Shown here in pieces: positions 11,701-23,151 of a stretch of 26,027 nt of DNA. This stretch comes from Takakia lepidozioides (Eukaryota > Plantae > Bryophyta), in assembly GCA_030704615.1 (NCBI GenBank), contig JAKLZA010000044.1, forward strand, positions 1 to 26,027. Direction: 5' to 3'. Position 1 is the first letter of the stretch. The number at the start of each line of letters is the position of its first letter. A program made the position numbers and the translations under genes. The notes below the pieces were generated by a model. That model was not told the DNA's origin, did no database searches, and saw only the letters and a program-made list of their open reading frames with translations.

Positions 11701-12259
11701 TAAGGACCTTCTTCTGGAGACCTTTCCTTCATATTAGAACTCAGTCAATAAGATGCTTGCTTATTACATCACATTCTGATGAAGACCATTCCTCCCACTC
11801 GATCACATCACCTATTGCTTTGCTATTCCTGACTTCTCCTCATGTCCAGGTAGAGGTCGGGAAATGCTCTTAGAGAAAGCATCGTTGACTAAGAGAATCT
11901 AGCATAATTACACAGAGGATGGGGAGTACCTCCTGCAGAAAAAGAAAACATATCATGAAAGCTTAAGAAATAACCTCTTCCAGCTTAAATTTTAAAGACT
12001 TGTGGTACTCTGTGATTCCAAAGACAAAGAAGAAGGTTACCTGATCGATTTGATCCCACCACCGAAACTCAGACTGAAGTTTGTTTCGGACAACATTGTA
12101 GAGTAGAGTAGGATAGAAAAGCACTCTTGCTCCAGCTCCCACCACCACTCTTTTAGCCACCTTCTCCATGTTCTTCAGATCTTCCCCTGCTTTTGACACT
12201 GGAACCAGCATCCATCCAGACTTTTCTTGGTCGGCCTCCACAGCCACTTCTTCAATCAT
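8756..12259 (-). CDS. DSP8: Dual-specificity / phosphatidylglycerophosphate phosphatase (DSP8/PTPMT1-like), 6 exons, 376 aa
   Basis: Exons 12259-12041, 11409-11287, 10935-10842, 10073-9991, 9734-9645 and 9277-8756, all with GT-AG introns and consistent phase (1131 nt). Motifs GAGARVLFYPTLLYNV, LLGAVPFP, HLVIPTRDYLFAPS and catalytic CX5R YVHCKAGRGRS. Confidence 0.93.
10316..10634 (-). mobile_element. Possible solo LTR in DSP8 intron 3
   Basis: TG...CA ends with a short imperfect inverted repeat (TGTGGGAT / ATCCCAACA) and a TATA-like CTATAAA on the minus strand near 10530. No matching target-site duplication (GAGGA vs TTATC). Confidence 0.35.
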
Positions 12260-13626
12260 CGCTTCAATCGCAGCCAGCTTTCCCTTGTAAATAAACCCCA
12301 GCTAGGACAGAATTTGATGCTTGGTCACACTACTCTGAAAGCTAGTTCCCCTAATCCGTATCCCAGTGTTTGGCTTCACATCAACCGCAATACCTCATAG
12401 GTTGCACTGCAATGACTGCTCGGGGTCTTTCACAGCACTCGACATATGTATCCAACCTCTATTGGCATCAGAACACGAAACGGATTGCTCTGGCATCTGT
12501 AGATAAAGTTTTGACGCTCACGATCTAAGTATAGGAAATGGGACGGAACTCACAAGGTATGTTCGAACATCGGATCTCTCCTTAGCCAATGTTGCTTATT
12601 TTTGCTACACCTACTCTATACACTAACTGAAGGGGACCTAAGCCGTGTTTGCTCTCCTTAGTAGATCTGGTATCCACCACTTGGACTTGAAATGCCTCGA
12701 AGAAAAGGAAAGGAGAGGTCTACTCCGCATGCATTAAGTACGTATGAGGATCTTGTGTACCTATGCTCCTAACTCATGCTGACATTGAAGGGTTTGTACA
12801 TGATATGCCCTTCAATTGGAACGTTCTGTATAATTTTCCACTGTTCTTGCGCACCCCTTGAAGCACAAAGATCTCACGCCAACCGCCCTGGCTTCGTATC
12901 AAATGTAACACAGTCACTTCCACACATAAAATACATCAATGAAACACCGGTGCTTAACGAAGCGGGCAGTGTCTCAGTTTTCCTTTGCAATCCACCATAC
13001 TCCGCGGTTCCGCAACAACTTCACAGGGGAATTCGATTGACGAAACCTAGATTCTAGGTTGAGCTTAGAGCCTTGAAGAGACGCCCGTCCCCAAGCCTGA
13101 AACTGAAAATAAAAACACGGGCACCAACCTCTGATTCCCCGATCGATGCACAACCTGTCAGATTACCAAAGGCTGGAGCTTCAAACCGATGCTTAAGAAT
13201 GAAAGAACGCTCTGCAATGAGATCCCGCACTCAAAAAACCGAAATCGAGGATGGACGCCAATTGCGCGACACTCGCACGCCAAATTGCTACCAAGACCTC
13301 CCAGATCACCCCAACATCAAAATCATGCCGCCACAAGCATGAAATCGTTGCACCAGCGACGATTTCCACACACAAATGCGCAAGAAAAACATGGATGGCA
13401 GACCGGGGACCGGAGACCCGCTAAAGGGTGCTCCCACGTTCTTGAGGCATGGCATGGCATGGCATCCCATGTCATGCCCCCATCCATGCCCCATAGATGT
13501 GTGCCCCCCAATTATCCAGCAGATAACGAGAGGTCTGTCCTGGGGATAAACAAAGAAACCCCCGTTTTAAACCAGCGGACAAACTTTTAACCGTAGGTTA
13601 CAGCGGGGCGTCCTTTGACTAGACCC

Positions 13627-13665
13627 CACGTGCCGTACATGCAATCTGTCACCACAAGCCACGTG
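13627..13665. promoter_or_regulatory. Two G-boxes upstream of DSP8
   Basis: CACGTG at 13627-13632 and 13660-13665. Function is not demonstrable from sequence. Confidence 0.25.
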
Positions 13666-15530
13666 GGCGCGTTTACCGCCTCGATCTGACGAAGATGGAC
13701 TGACCTGAGCTACCGATCCGGAGGAGATCTCGGGGTCAATCTCCTTACTTATTAAATCTCAAATCGCCATAGTTTTATTTTGTTTTTCCCCATTGGTAGC
13801 GGAATCAGGGGTTGGCACGCACCCCATGCAAATCATCCACTTCACCACATCCGTTGCATTATTGTAAGAGCACTACCACCATTCATCCATCCTTCACTAT
13901 TACATTATTAGGGTTTGGATATCCGGAGGAGATGCGGAGGGTGTGTCAGAGTGCGGTGTGGGTCGTGGTCCCACAGGCAGAGTGATGGGGGCGAGATGGC
14001 GCAAAGGACAAGATCGACGCAGTGCGTGCTTCAATGGAAGAAGAGTCCAGGACTGATGCACCTGCTGGAATCATGGAGCACGAAAGATTGATGTATGTAA
14101 GGGCATGGAGATTGCATGGATGCAAGAGTTGTGAGGTTTTATTTAGTTAATGATATGAATTTCGGATAAGCCTCTGGATCCCACCAATCGTATTACGCAG
14201 ATGGGGCTTCTATCTACTTTGTGTGGACTTTGTGATGGATGACTCGCTTTCCCAGGTTGGTTTGAGTCGATTGAGATTTCCTAACAAGATGCTTGAATGT
14301 GTCTTCTTCCAGTTGGATCGTGCAAACGTGAAGAATCTGTATTTGAGGTTAGGTAGATGGCTTGTTCGCTTGAACTATGGAGATGCCAGAATGTGGTCCT
14401 ACTTAAAAAACACCATACAAGAGCTTCCGGCAGATAGCAAAGTGGTAGCCACACAAATAGAAAGAAAGTGGTTGACAGTTCTTATGGGAATCCAAGATCC
14501 GAATAACTACTCGAACAGTCTGCTGTGGTTTTGAGATCCAGGTTTGATGATGATATCATTTTGATGTGATAATTCATCTCTTCACCTACCTCAAAGCACT
14601 TAGGTAAAGAGTCTGCTCATGTGGTACAAACCTACTACTCCCTTCATAAGTGGAGTGATTTAAGTGGTGTGGTATGATGAGTATGACCACTGCACATAGC
14701 CACTCCACTCTTTAAGTTGTGTCTATCCTACTTGATGACTTGAATGAGTGCAATTGAAGGCACTACGAAATTCGTACTCTTTCTTTCTCCTATGCATGTT
14801 GTAGGAATGGTGCGGTTGTGGGGTGACTTGTTTCAGACATCATCACACGAAGTCACATGGATAATATGAACATGAACCTGCCAGCTGTTCGATTCAATGC
14901 CCCAGTAGAAAAATTGGTTCATTCCTGCATTTGGTTAACTGAGCAGCCAAAAGCTGAGCTTATAAGTCTTGATTTGGCAGAGATGATTATGTCTACATGT
15001 TTTCGAACACTATTTTTTAACAGTTTCAGTACTTGTTCTACTCGGGTTGGCCAGGGGTTTTGGTCGGACTCTCCCTCGTTTTTTCCTGTGTTTTGGGAGT
15101 GTGAAGAGAAGAATGTGGCACCGTGGATGATGATGGCCCAACCTTGTCTGCACCCTTTCTTTCAGACACGAATTTTGCGCAGGGATCGTCATGTTGACGG
15201 TTGCAGCGAACATCTTCGTTCGACCATCATTTTACATGTGTCTAGATAACGATCTCTTATTCGCATCCCAACCATTCTCAAGAAGCTAGCCTCAACCCTT
15301 GTCCTTCAATCTTACTGCAAGCTGTCAGATCTCATTGTGTTAAAGGCATATTCCCCCTCAATTGCAGAACTGCGATAAGCCCAAGGCAGGCAACCCATCA
15401 ACAAGGCACAAGAATAGAAAGGAGATTAGGGTTGGAAAGCCGGCAATAGATACAAGATAAACATGCAGCAAGGCCTCTCTATTCCCACCAGCCTATCCTG
15501 TGCAGAAGGCAGGTCTTTGTTGATGAACAC

Positions 15531-16261
15531 TTAAGTTACAAAACCAGATTCTCCAATGATATGCTGGCATGCCATGCACCTTTTTGATATGGGCCATGCA
15601 CTACACACAGCCAGGTTCAGAACAATGTCTCTGGTCAAGTAAGGTTGTAACAAGGGCAAGGACCTGTGGATGCAAGCATCTGCAGTCCTTATGTTCGTTA
15701 TGTTGGTGGATGCAAAGAGTCGCATGATGGGCTCCAGTAATACATATACATCATCCTCCAGCCAAGTGGGATCTCTGAACTCAATTGCCCACCGGTACAG
15801 TGGGAGAGCTTGTTCCAGAAACACTTCAATCGATCCATACTCCTATTAGATTTTGCAGGCAGCGGAAACAGACCCAATCGTCTGCTAGGCATGTTGTGTG
15901 CATGATATTTAGAGAGACTTGAACACATACAGAGGTCAATCAAAAACACCAAACGGAAAAGGTGAAGCAAGCAAGCTGCAGCAGCATGGGTCCAACCAAG
16001 GAACAGCCCAGGTGCAGCCTGGTCGAGAAACAGTGACATGGTCATGAAGGATCCTTCGGAAGCTTCATGTGGCGGCGGTCCCGTAGCTGTCCAATCCAAA
16101 CCCAAAACACGATCACAGAAAGAGAACAGTTGAATGTTGTCCAATATTGAGGTGACCAAGTGTCCAGAAGACGGCCAATATTTGTTGCTTGCATACATCA
16201 GCCTCACTGTGCAAATGCCATGCCATGCATCACCCCTCAACAAGCATGATCTAGTCTCCAA
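15531..16261 (-). pseudogene. Unassigned, possibly frameshifted ORF pair
   Basis: Overlapping ORFs 16261-15698 and 15824-15531 join plausibly at DRLKCF/LEQALPLYRW. No family recognised. Confidence 0.25.
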
Positions 16262-16363
16262 CTCGTCATAGAGAGAGAGCGGTGACAGAACTGCATTCTA
16301 CCAACTCTAAACTAGACCATGACCAACAGTCACTAGCTCAGTTGGATAGTGCACTCAGTGCCA

Positions 16364-16486
16364 CCCTAAGGTGACAATTGTCTGATTTTCCCCCTCAAGG
16401 CCCAGTAGTACCGTCGGTTGATGGACCTTGGTGTTCCTTGGGAAAAACAAAAGGAAAAAAGAAAAAAGAAAATTGTCGCCTTAGGG
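16364..16486. mobile_element. MITE-like element, 123 bp
   Basis: 16-bp inverted termini CCCTAAGGTGACAATT / AATTGTCGCCTTAGGG (15/16 match). Flanks are CCA and CCT, so the TSD is imperfect. Confidence 0.6.
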
Positions 16487-17594
16487 CCTCCGGGTGTCAT
16501 ACGAAACCATCGCAAGCAGCTGTTTGACGAGAAGGATAAATAGTGGAGACGCCTGCGTTTGTTAGGCCTCGCGAAGCTAACGATTGAGATGATGGCCGTT
16601 TAGTGGATTGAAGCACTTGTGTACAGCGGTTAGATCCATGGCCCACAAAATTATTCTTGGTGCAGTGATGAACCGTGTTAAAGTCTTTGCTGGAAAGGCT
16701 GGGTTGAAGGCAGTCATAGGACGGGTTGAGACGCAATTATTCACAGAAGGATGGGAATAGATACATAGCTAAAACTCAAGGGGCCCAGGTGAGCATAACA
16801 AGGTGGAGCACTCGATCAGATGTGGTGATCTTCTCATGTCTGTTTGTATTTGGGTTTTGAGGATCTGCCGTTACAAAACGACTGTTCTGTTCTTTGATAT
16901 GTGCAGCTGTCTTGTAATTGGAGCTTTTGTGTGTTTGTACTGAAACTGTAACAGGCAAGTGTGCAGGGTCCGCAAGAGAAGCCTGAGGTGACAGCTGGAA
17001 GTATTACATTGGGCCCTACTGCCAAGATGTACATTGCTTCTCCTGATCCAATTTCGTGGGTGGGGCCTTACCAAGCTGCGGAGATTCAGCTTCAGCCCTA
17101 CGCTTCGAGTTTTATGAACAACGTAAAATTTTGCATTCTACTGGAGTTTCTGTCAAATAGGAAAACAAAATCATTGAACTTCATGTCCCTTTGTACTTGG
17201 TGCATCTGAAGACCACTTATAGCAGTCCAGTGATGCATACATCGTCTGTCGAGTACATGTCGGGTACATTGCTGTATATAGGGCTTGGCTATCTCCTCTT
17301 GCTATTGTTCTCCTTGGTACATATCTGTGATGGCAATGCTGGAGATATGGAGCACGCACAAGCAGTTTAGAGGTTCGAGGGCTGCTACCTTTCCTGATCA
17401 AAAGATGGAGGTTGCTCCTCGTTTTCTCAAGGCAATTGCACCAGTTTCCATGTGTTCATGTTCATGTTAGCTCGGGTCTAATATCAAGCTGGAGTCTAAG
17501 CCCAATGTGTTATCTTAGCAAATGCTGTGATTTTGAGCCACCTTATTTTGCAATGTAAGCCATATCTACTTTCTGAACAACATAGTGGAGGCTA

Positions 17595-17723
17595 GTGGTT
17601 TAGCATGGCTTTGCTTGTCCATATATTTGACATGCATGGCGGTTATTATATTATTCTTTGTTGGATATTATATCTCTGGAGTTTAGTATGGCTTTGCGTG
17701 TCCACATATTTGATGTGCATGGC
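17595..17723. repeat. Short diverged direct repeat (about 45-bp core, two copies)
   Basis: GTTTAGCATGGCTTTGCTTGTCCATATATTTGACATGCATGGC and GTTTAGTATGGCTTTGCGTGTCCACATATTTGATGTGCATGGC. Confidence 0.75.
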
Positions 17724-17863
17724 TTAGTCTTTGAGACAAGCACATGACTATTGGCAGGATCAACTTGGTAATTATCCTCTGCCGTAAGCTCTCACAAAAA
17801 GCTCTTTCCTCGGACCATGCAGTTGCATTTGATGCATGACACTTTCTCTATATATGATCTCAG

Positions 17864-18602
17864 GCTGAGAAGACGGTGGAAGGTTGCAAATTGTATTGTT
17901 CAACAACCGTTCCGCTTTCATTGGAGGACGAAATAATACAAGAGGCAGCACTAACTGCCATTGAAAGTGCAGAACCAATATCATTCTTGGAATTGTTGAG
18001 CAGGGTAGCTGCCGAATACAAGTTGGTCTTTGAGGTTGTGCAAGGTCAGGTATGGTGGTTTGGGTTGTCGTCTGCGAGCCGTAATATGGCAGTTTCAGCC
18101 CTGATTTCCCAGATGTTTACTTTGCTAGATAGTGAAGGCTCAAAGCATGAAGTTTTGCTTAAAGCTGCAGTCCACTACGAGACTAGCGCTTATGTACATG
18201 ATTGGCAGTTTTGTGGTGCCTCCTGGACCTAATTTACAGCCAAGATCTACAACATGGATTGATGCAAAGCTGACTACTCTACTATTGGTAGTGGAATTCT
18301 TATCTCCCGACATGGGCAAAAAAATCGCATCCAGTGCAAAGCAGATTGTGCTGCAGCTGGTGTCCAATACTACTGGCTTGGTTGCTCCGTCAAAGGCTGG
18401 ATGGAGTGTTCAACCCTATCAAATATAGGGGCATATGAAACGGAGGGGACTGTCCATAGGAGCGATGGACAAGTTATTTTGGCGCCATTCAACATGCCTA
18501 TTGACTTTCAAATCCCTTCACAGCATCAATCTGAAGGATTGGTAGAGTGCAGGTGTACAAAATGCGGGAGGAGAAGTACTTGCTGGACCTGCAAAGAGTG
18601 GA
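17864..18602 (+). pseudogene. Degenerate coding-like segment of unknown identity, ending in a Cys-rich SAND-like piece
   Basis: Consecutive protein-like ORFs in shifting frames, a CAG acceptor near 17863 and a GTATGG donor at 18050. The last part reads EGLVECRCTKCGRRSTCWTCKEW. Confidence 0.35.
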
Positions 18603-18627
18603 TAGTCTCTGGCTATAACATGTGCAA

Positions 18628-18773
18628 GATTTCACTTCATAGCCAGATGTAGCTGATGACTGCTTTTTGATGGCTTCACGGTGCATCCGTTACTGCCCCA
18701 ACTTGCTTGTGCCCACAACAATGTTATCTCCACTCTTTGATTGTGCAATGACTGGCATCACTATCCAACACAG
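18628..18773 (+). pseudogene. MOS14: Isolated exon of transportin-SR/MOS14-like importin
   Basis: DFTS*PDVADDCFLMASRCIRYCPNLLVPTTMLSPLFDCAMTGITIQHR followed by a GT donor (18774-18775). Matches the recalled MOS14 segment RPDIADDCFLLASRCIRYCP...DCSMIGITVQHR. In-frame TAG at 18640-18642. Confidence 0.8.
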
Positions 18774-19069
18774 GTCTTTTGCCCTGCCATATTGTACCAA
18801 ACAGGATCCATGTTTCACTTGTAGCATTTCTCCTGAAACCTTAGTGACCTTTACAACCTTTTTAAATATTTTTGCCAGTGGAGGACGAAGATGTAGTCCA
18901 CGTTCCTGCTCCAGCGGATGAGGATATTTGAGTTTCACAGTTTTGTTGCTCTTCCGTAGTTCACTCTCTCCCAATTATGTGAATATTGCTACCTGCAATT
19001 CGATTGTGATCGTTTAATTGACGCAGTGGTGCTACTGTATGCAATGAGGTTGTCTTCTTTGCACACACA

Positions 19070-19545
19070 CACAAGGGGGGCTAATTCCAAGGGGAAAACA
19101 CCAACCGACCAAGATGAATGGATTAAAATGCATGGGGAAAACCTCAAAGGGGAAAACCCCAAGGCCTATCACTCAAGGGGAAAAAATCACACCAAAGAAA
19201 AACCACGGGAAAAAACCACAGGGGTAACCCACCAAAGAAAAACTGCAGAAGGGAAAAAACCACAAGGGGAACCCACCAAAGAAAAACTGCAGAAGGGAAA
19301 AAACCACAAACCACAGAGGGGAAAATCCCACAGTGGAACCCATCAAAGAAAAACCACAGAAGGGAAAAGGAACACACGGGAAAAAACCCCACGGAAAATC
19401 CACGGGGTTTTTTTCCCAAAAGGTTGCAAGGGAAAGCCCACCAAATTCCCTCCGTTGCAAGTTCCTGTGACTTGTTCTTTTCAAGCACTCTAAAAGGGGA
19501 AAAATGTTATTTTTCCTTTAGGGAATGTGCCAAAAGCTCCTTGTG
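19070..19545. mobile_element. Non-autonomous CAC-terminated (CMC/EnSpm-like) element with internal repeat array
   Basis: Termini CACAAGG / CCTTGTG with flanks ACA / ATA (3 bp, one mismatch). The interior is packed with GGAAAAAACCAC-like units and a hairpin at 19378-19417. Confidence 0.5.
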
Positions 19546-19566
19546 ATATATATCAGAAAGGAAGTT

Positions 19567-19973
19567 AGGTGACTTGTTTCCAGTTTGTGACATGGGTGAG
19601 GACCTTAAGGAGGATCGGAAGGGCGTACCTACCGTTGGCACTAGAATAAATTTCACTTAGGGCAGGGAGAAAACCTCTGAATAATAAACAGATGCAAAGC
19701 GGTCAGGTAACTTTTTTCCAGTTTGTGACATGGGTCATGAGGACCTTAAGGAGGACCGGAAGGGCATACCTACCATTGGCACTAGAATCAATTTCAAACT
19801 CAGGGCAGGGAGAAAACCTCTGAAGAATAAACAGATGCAAAGCGGTTAGGTAACTTGTTTCCAGTTTGTGACATGGGTGAGGACCGGAAGGGCGTACCTA
19901 CGGTTGGCACTAGAATCAATTTCAAACTTAGGGCAAGGAGAAACCCTCTGAAGAATAAACAGATGCAAAGCGG
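19567..19973. repeat. Tandem repeat, three units of about 138, 143 and 126 bp
   Basis: Units start at 19567, 19705 and 19848 and share TTTCCAGTTTGTGACATGGGT...TTGGCACTAGAAT...AATAAACAGATGCAAAGCGG. Confidence 0.95.
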
Positions 19974-20430
19974 AAAGGGAGACTGTCAAATACACTCTTC
20001 AGCACCATGAAGAACATAGTCATCCCACCTCTATTCACCAACTTTTAAAATGTCAAGACTAGGCCTAAAGCCCTGGCCTTACTGGGATTTGATCGCTGGG
20101 AAGATCTCACACAAAATGTTACCCCTTTCTAATCAATTTCGCTCTTTCTTTCCACCTGACAACACAAACTACCAAAACATCCTTTTAAGCCTATGTCATA
20201 ATCAGCCATTATCATATTGTTTGCATCCATGCAACAGCAACACACAGTGAGACCGGGTATCTTAAGAACCTCAATTCTACAATGGATTGTTCCCATCCAC
20301 AGCTGTATAGGTCACAATAGGATTGACCCCCCACCACCCAAGGAAACCACAAGGGACACTAACCACTGGGTTTTCTATAGGGAGCTTTAGACTTAGAGAT
20401 CACATAAGCGACAAGCTGGAACAAGCTTAC

Positions 20431-22983
20431 CTGAACTTCAAACTTGACAAGATTCTTTTCAACTCCTGCTCCGCTATCACTGGGCTCGAAACTCAACACT
20501 CATTGCCACCTCCTCGAGGGTCAGCTGTCCAGTGGACAGAGGACACCTTATAGACAGATCCTGCCATGGGCGAATCAGAAAAGCCATCACTTACAAGGCT
20601 TTTCACGCTTTGGGTTGGCACTGGTGCCACCCACCGGCACTTTATATTATAGGCCCCCATCTTCTTCCAGCCAATGTCCAGCTCCCGGAGTGCCTTTAAG
20701 ACCTCTGTCATTATCTCTTTTGGATCGGATTGGGACTGTGATTGATGGTTATATTCACAGACAGCCAAATCCAAAATGAAACACTTAGAAATGATGCTCA
20801 ATTCTTATAAACCAAACAGGCCATAAAGTTTCAACCTCAATTTTTTGGAACTAATATAACAACATGTTGGCCTGATCCACATGGTCCTTACTGGCATGTC
20901 ACCAGGTGTGAGTGATAGTGCACCCCTTGACCAGGATATTGACCACTTCTAGGACAATGACGAAGGATTATGTTATATTACCTTCCCAATTTTGTGGTGA
21001 CGAAAAGTCCAGGCTGTTGGGTGAAACATGGCCATCAAAGTGGCTCTCAGGACTCCCCATAGTGCGGCCATGGTATTACTAACCAACCACCAAGCTTATC
21101 TGCTGGAACCCTACTGTCTCTTAACGGTTACATGGTTCGGGTGTAGATAGGGAAATATTCCATCGCGCAGATAGCGACACTGCCTGTGCTTCAAGCGTGG
21201 GTCTTCAATTGAAATCCTAGACCAATAAATAGAACACCATCAACAAGTACATGAAATACAAGTACACTGGGAGAATCTACCCTTGCATTTGGTAAGTGAG
21301 ATACATGAGACAACGTCAAACGGTTTTAGGTCGACAATTACAGCCTCCTGGAATCAAACTGTCTTGCAGGTTTGGAGAAAACAGAGAGATAGTGGGAGTG
21401 GGAGGATATGAAGGAACCTGAAGACCCAAAGCCCACTTTCGCTCTGCGGCCACCCTATGTTGTAAAAGAGAAGGAGATGGACCCCGCCGATCCATACTAG
21501 CTGTATGCACTAGTACCTTCACTTAGGAAGGTCTCCCCAAGGGAGTTGAGCACATGAAATGCATGGGTAACATGGGGACCAGGTGTTCCTGCATGTCCAT
21601 CCTTCTCAAAACTGACATCCAGCTATCACCATAACCATCAAATTTCTTTAGACCTATCTTCCACTGACTAACATAAACATCATCACCTTCCCAAGGCTCA
21701 CGTAGGCACCCAACAAAACTGCAAAACCTGCCAAAAGCATATACAACCCAGCTTGAAAGGTTGTGTGACATCTCTGAAAGAGTACTACAAATTTTGAAGA
21801 GTCAAGGCAGGACATGTTGATGCAAAAGTTGTGCCAAACTAACAATAACTCGAATGCCCTGTATGCTTAGATTCCCTTTTGTTGCAGTGACCATGTATCA
21901 AGGACAGGCTGTCAGCCTCTTTGACAATAAGATAATTGCAGCCATAGATAGGCACAAGCTACTTACATGCCCCATGCCCATGCTAAATGTCCATAACGAG
22001 TTCCTCATTCAGTTCAACTGCAACTCACCTTGGCTTCTTCAAACTCAGCCCCAAGATAGCCATTAGATAGACGATGCCTGTTATCTAACATTAGATAATA
22101 TGCCACAGTTGCCTGCATCAGGCAAGCTAACTGTCAATGTTCCAACCTTTAATCCCAAAAAGATGCCAGTGCCCACTCGTCTGGTAAACTCCACACTTCA
22201 TACAGATGATCCAACTGCGAGCAAATATGGACCAGCAGACTGACCTGCTCAGGCATAATCAGAAATATACCAGCCTTTTCGACTACATCAGTCAAGCCAT
22301 GGAAATGGAACAACAGATAAAGATAAATCGAGAAATAGACCCTAGACTTAGTTGAGAAGCTAGTACAAGTAGCATGAGGAATCCATGGAAGCTGCTATTG
22401 ACAGGAGAAATATATAATCAAACTCAGATCTCAGTTTTGTACAACACCACAACAATCCACCGACTTGAAGCCATGTTATAAAGCCATGCCTACTGGAAAA
22501 AGTCAGTACATTATGTTGACACGATTAAGTCAGGAGTCAACAAGTTGAGATCGGTCGAACCCTAAAAGCACCACTTCCTCGAGAATGTCTTCATCGATCT
22601 GCACACATATTTCCGCACACGTCAACCACTACACATGTTCAAATTGTTTCTCATAAACCAGAACAAGAATTATGACTTCCACACATAGATAGACATGCAG
22701 GCTCTAGTATCATTTCTTTGCTCACCAGTGTTCTCTTCGAGCACAGATGAAATCAAGTTGATAGTAACTAGCCTGCTATGGATATGTGGACACTAGATGC
22801 AACATCTCAACTTCAGCTACTCTCAGAGAGAGTGTACCTGTTTAGCTTGTTGTATGGTATTAGGAGGAGGATAACGAGGCAAATGAGATTGAAACGAAGG
22901 ATGCTGGCAAACCTCGGGAATAATAATCCGCTTCATCGGGTCCACCAGTAGCATACGTGGAATCAGATCCCTTGCTCCCGGCA
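20431..22983 (-). pseudogene. SnRK1: SnRK1 catalytic subunit (KIN10-like) pseudogene, C-terminal exons
   Basis: Exons 22983-22838 (PGARDLIPRMLLVDPMKR), 22598-about 22510 (IDEDILEEVV, UBA, internal TGA), 22112-22029 (ATVAYYLMLDNR), 21588-21418 (ERKWALGLQ, internal TAA) and 20735-20431 (EIMTEVLKAL...KCRW...VKFEVQ, frameshift). The final exon was not found. Confidence 0.92.
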
Positions 22984-23022
22984 ACGTAAAACACTGGCAA
23001 AAAAAATTTCTTTGTAATTCAA

Positions 23023-23151
23023 GGAGCCTCCTTGGCCGCAAGGTTCCCCCGATTTACGGGAAGTACCCGCTTTTGGAAGGGTCCCCCAATTTGCGGGAAG
23101 TACCTTCCGCGCTTGGAAGGGTCCCCCGATTTGCGGGGGCAAGGAAGCTCC
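23023..23151. repeat. Left subterminal repeat array of the YR element
   Basis: Three AAGG(G/T)TCCCCC(G/A)ATTT(G/A)CGGG units (about 23040, 23077, 23117), bracketed by the inverted pair GGAGCCTCCTTG (23023-23034) / CAAGGAAGCTCC (23140-23151). Confidence 0.85.

Noticed and set aside
13794-13820. TGGTAGCGGAATCAGGGGTT as a tRNA primer-binding site or tRNA fragment
   Set aside because: No adjacent identifiable LTR and no cloverleaf; the match is degenerate.
14649-14709. Hairpin AGTGGAGTG...CACTCCACT as a miRNA precursor
   Set aside because: The stem is short and interrupted, with no further support.
18880-18974. KTVKLKYPHPLEQERGLHL (minus strand) as the missing last SnRK1 exon
   Set aside because: Only scattered identities, lacking LLDLQ and FLDLC, with no suitable acceptor identified.
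19026-19493. ORFs of 103-155 aa on both strands
   Set aside because: Low-complexity translations of the repeat array.
19567-19973. CRISPR-like array
   Set aside because: Whole units are repeated with no unique spacers, the context is eukaryotic, and there are no cas genes.
22981-22991. FTLP in ORF 22823-23041 read as SnRK1 YTLP with a deletion of SHLS
   Set aside because: The real GGIYTLPSHL is at 25991-25962. The FT codons come from the element end.
22992-22996. CACTG as a CACTA/EnSpm terminus of the YR element
   Set aside because: Host-exon reconstruction puts the true boundary 6 bp further left (22986), and the right end has no matching CAGTG.
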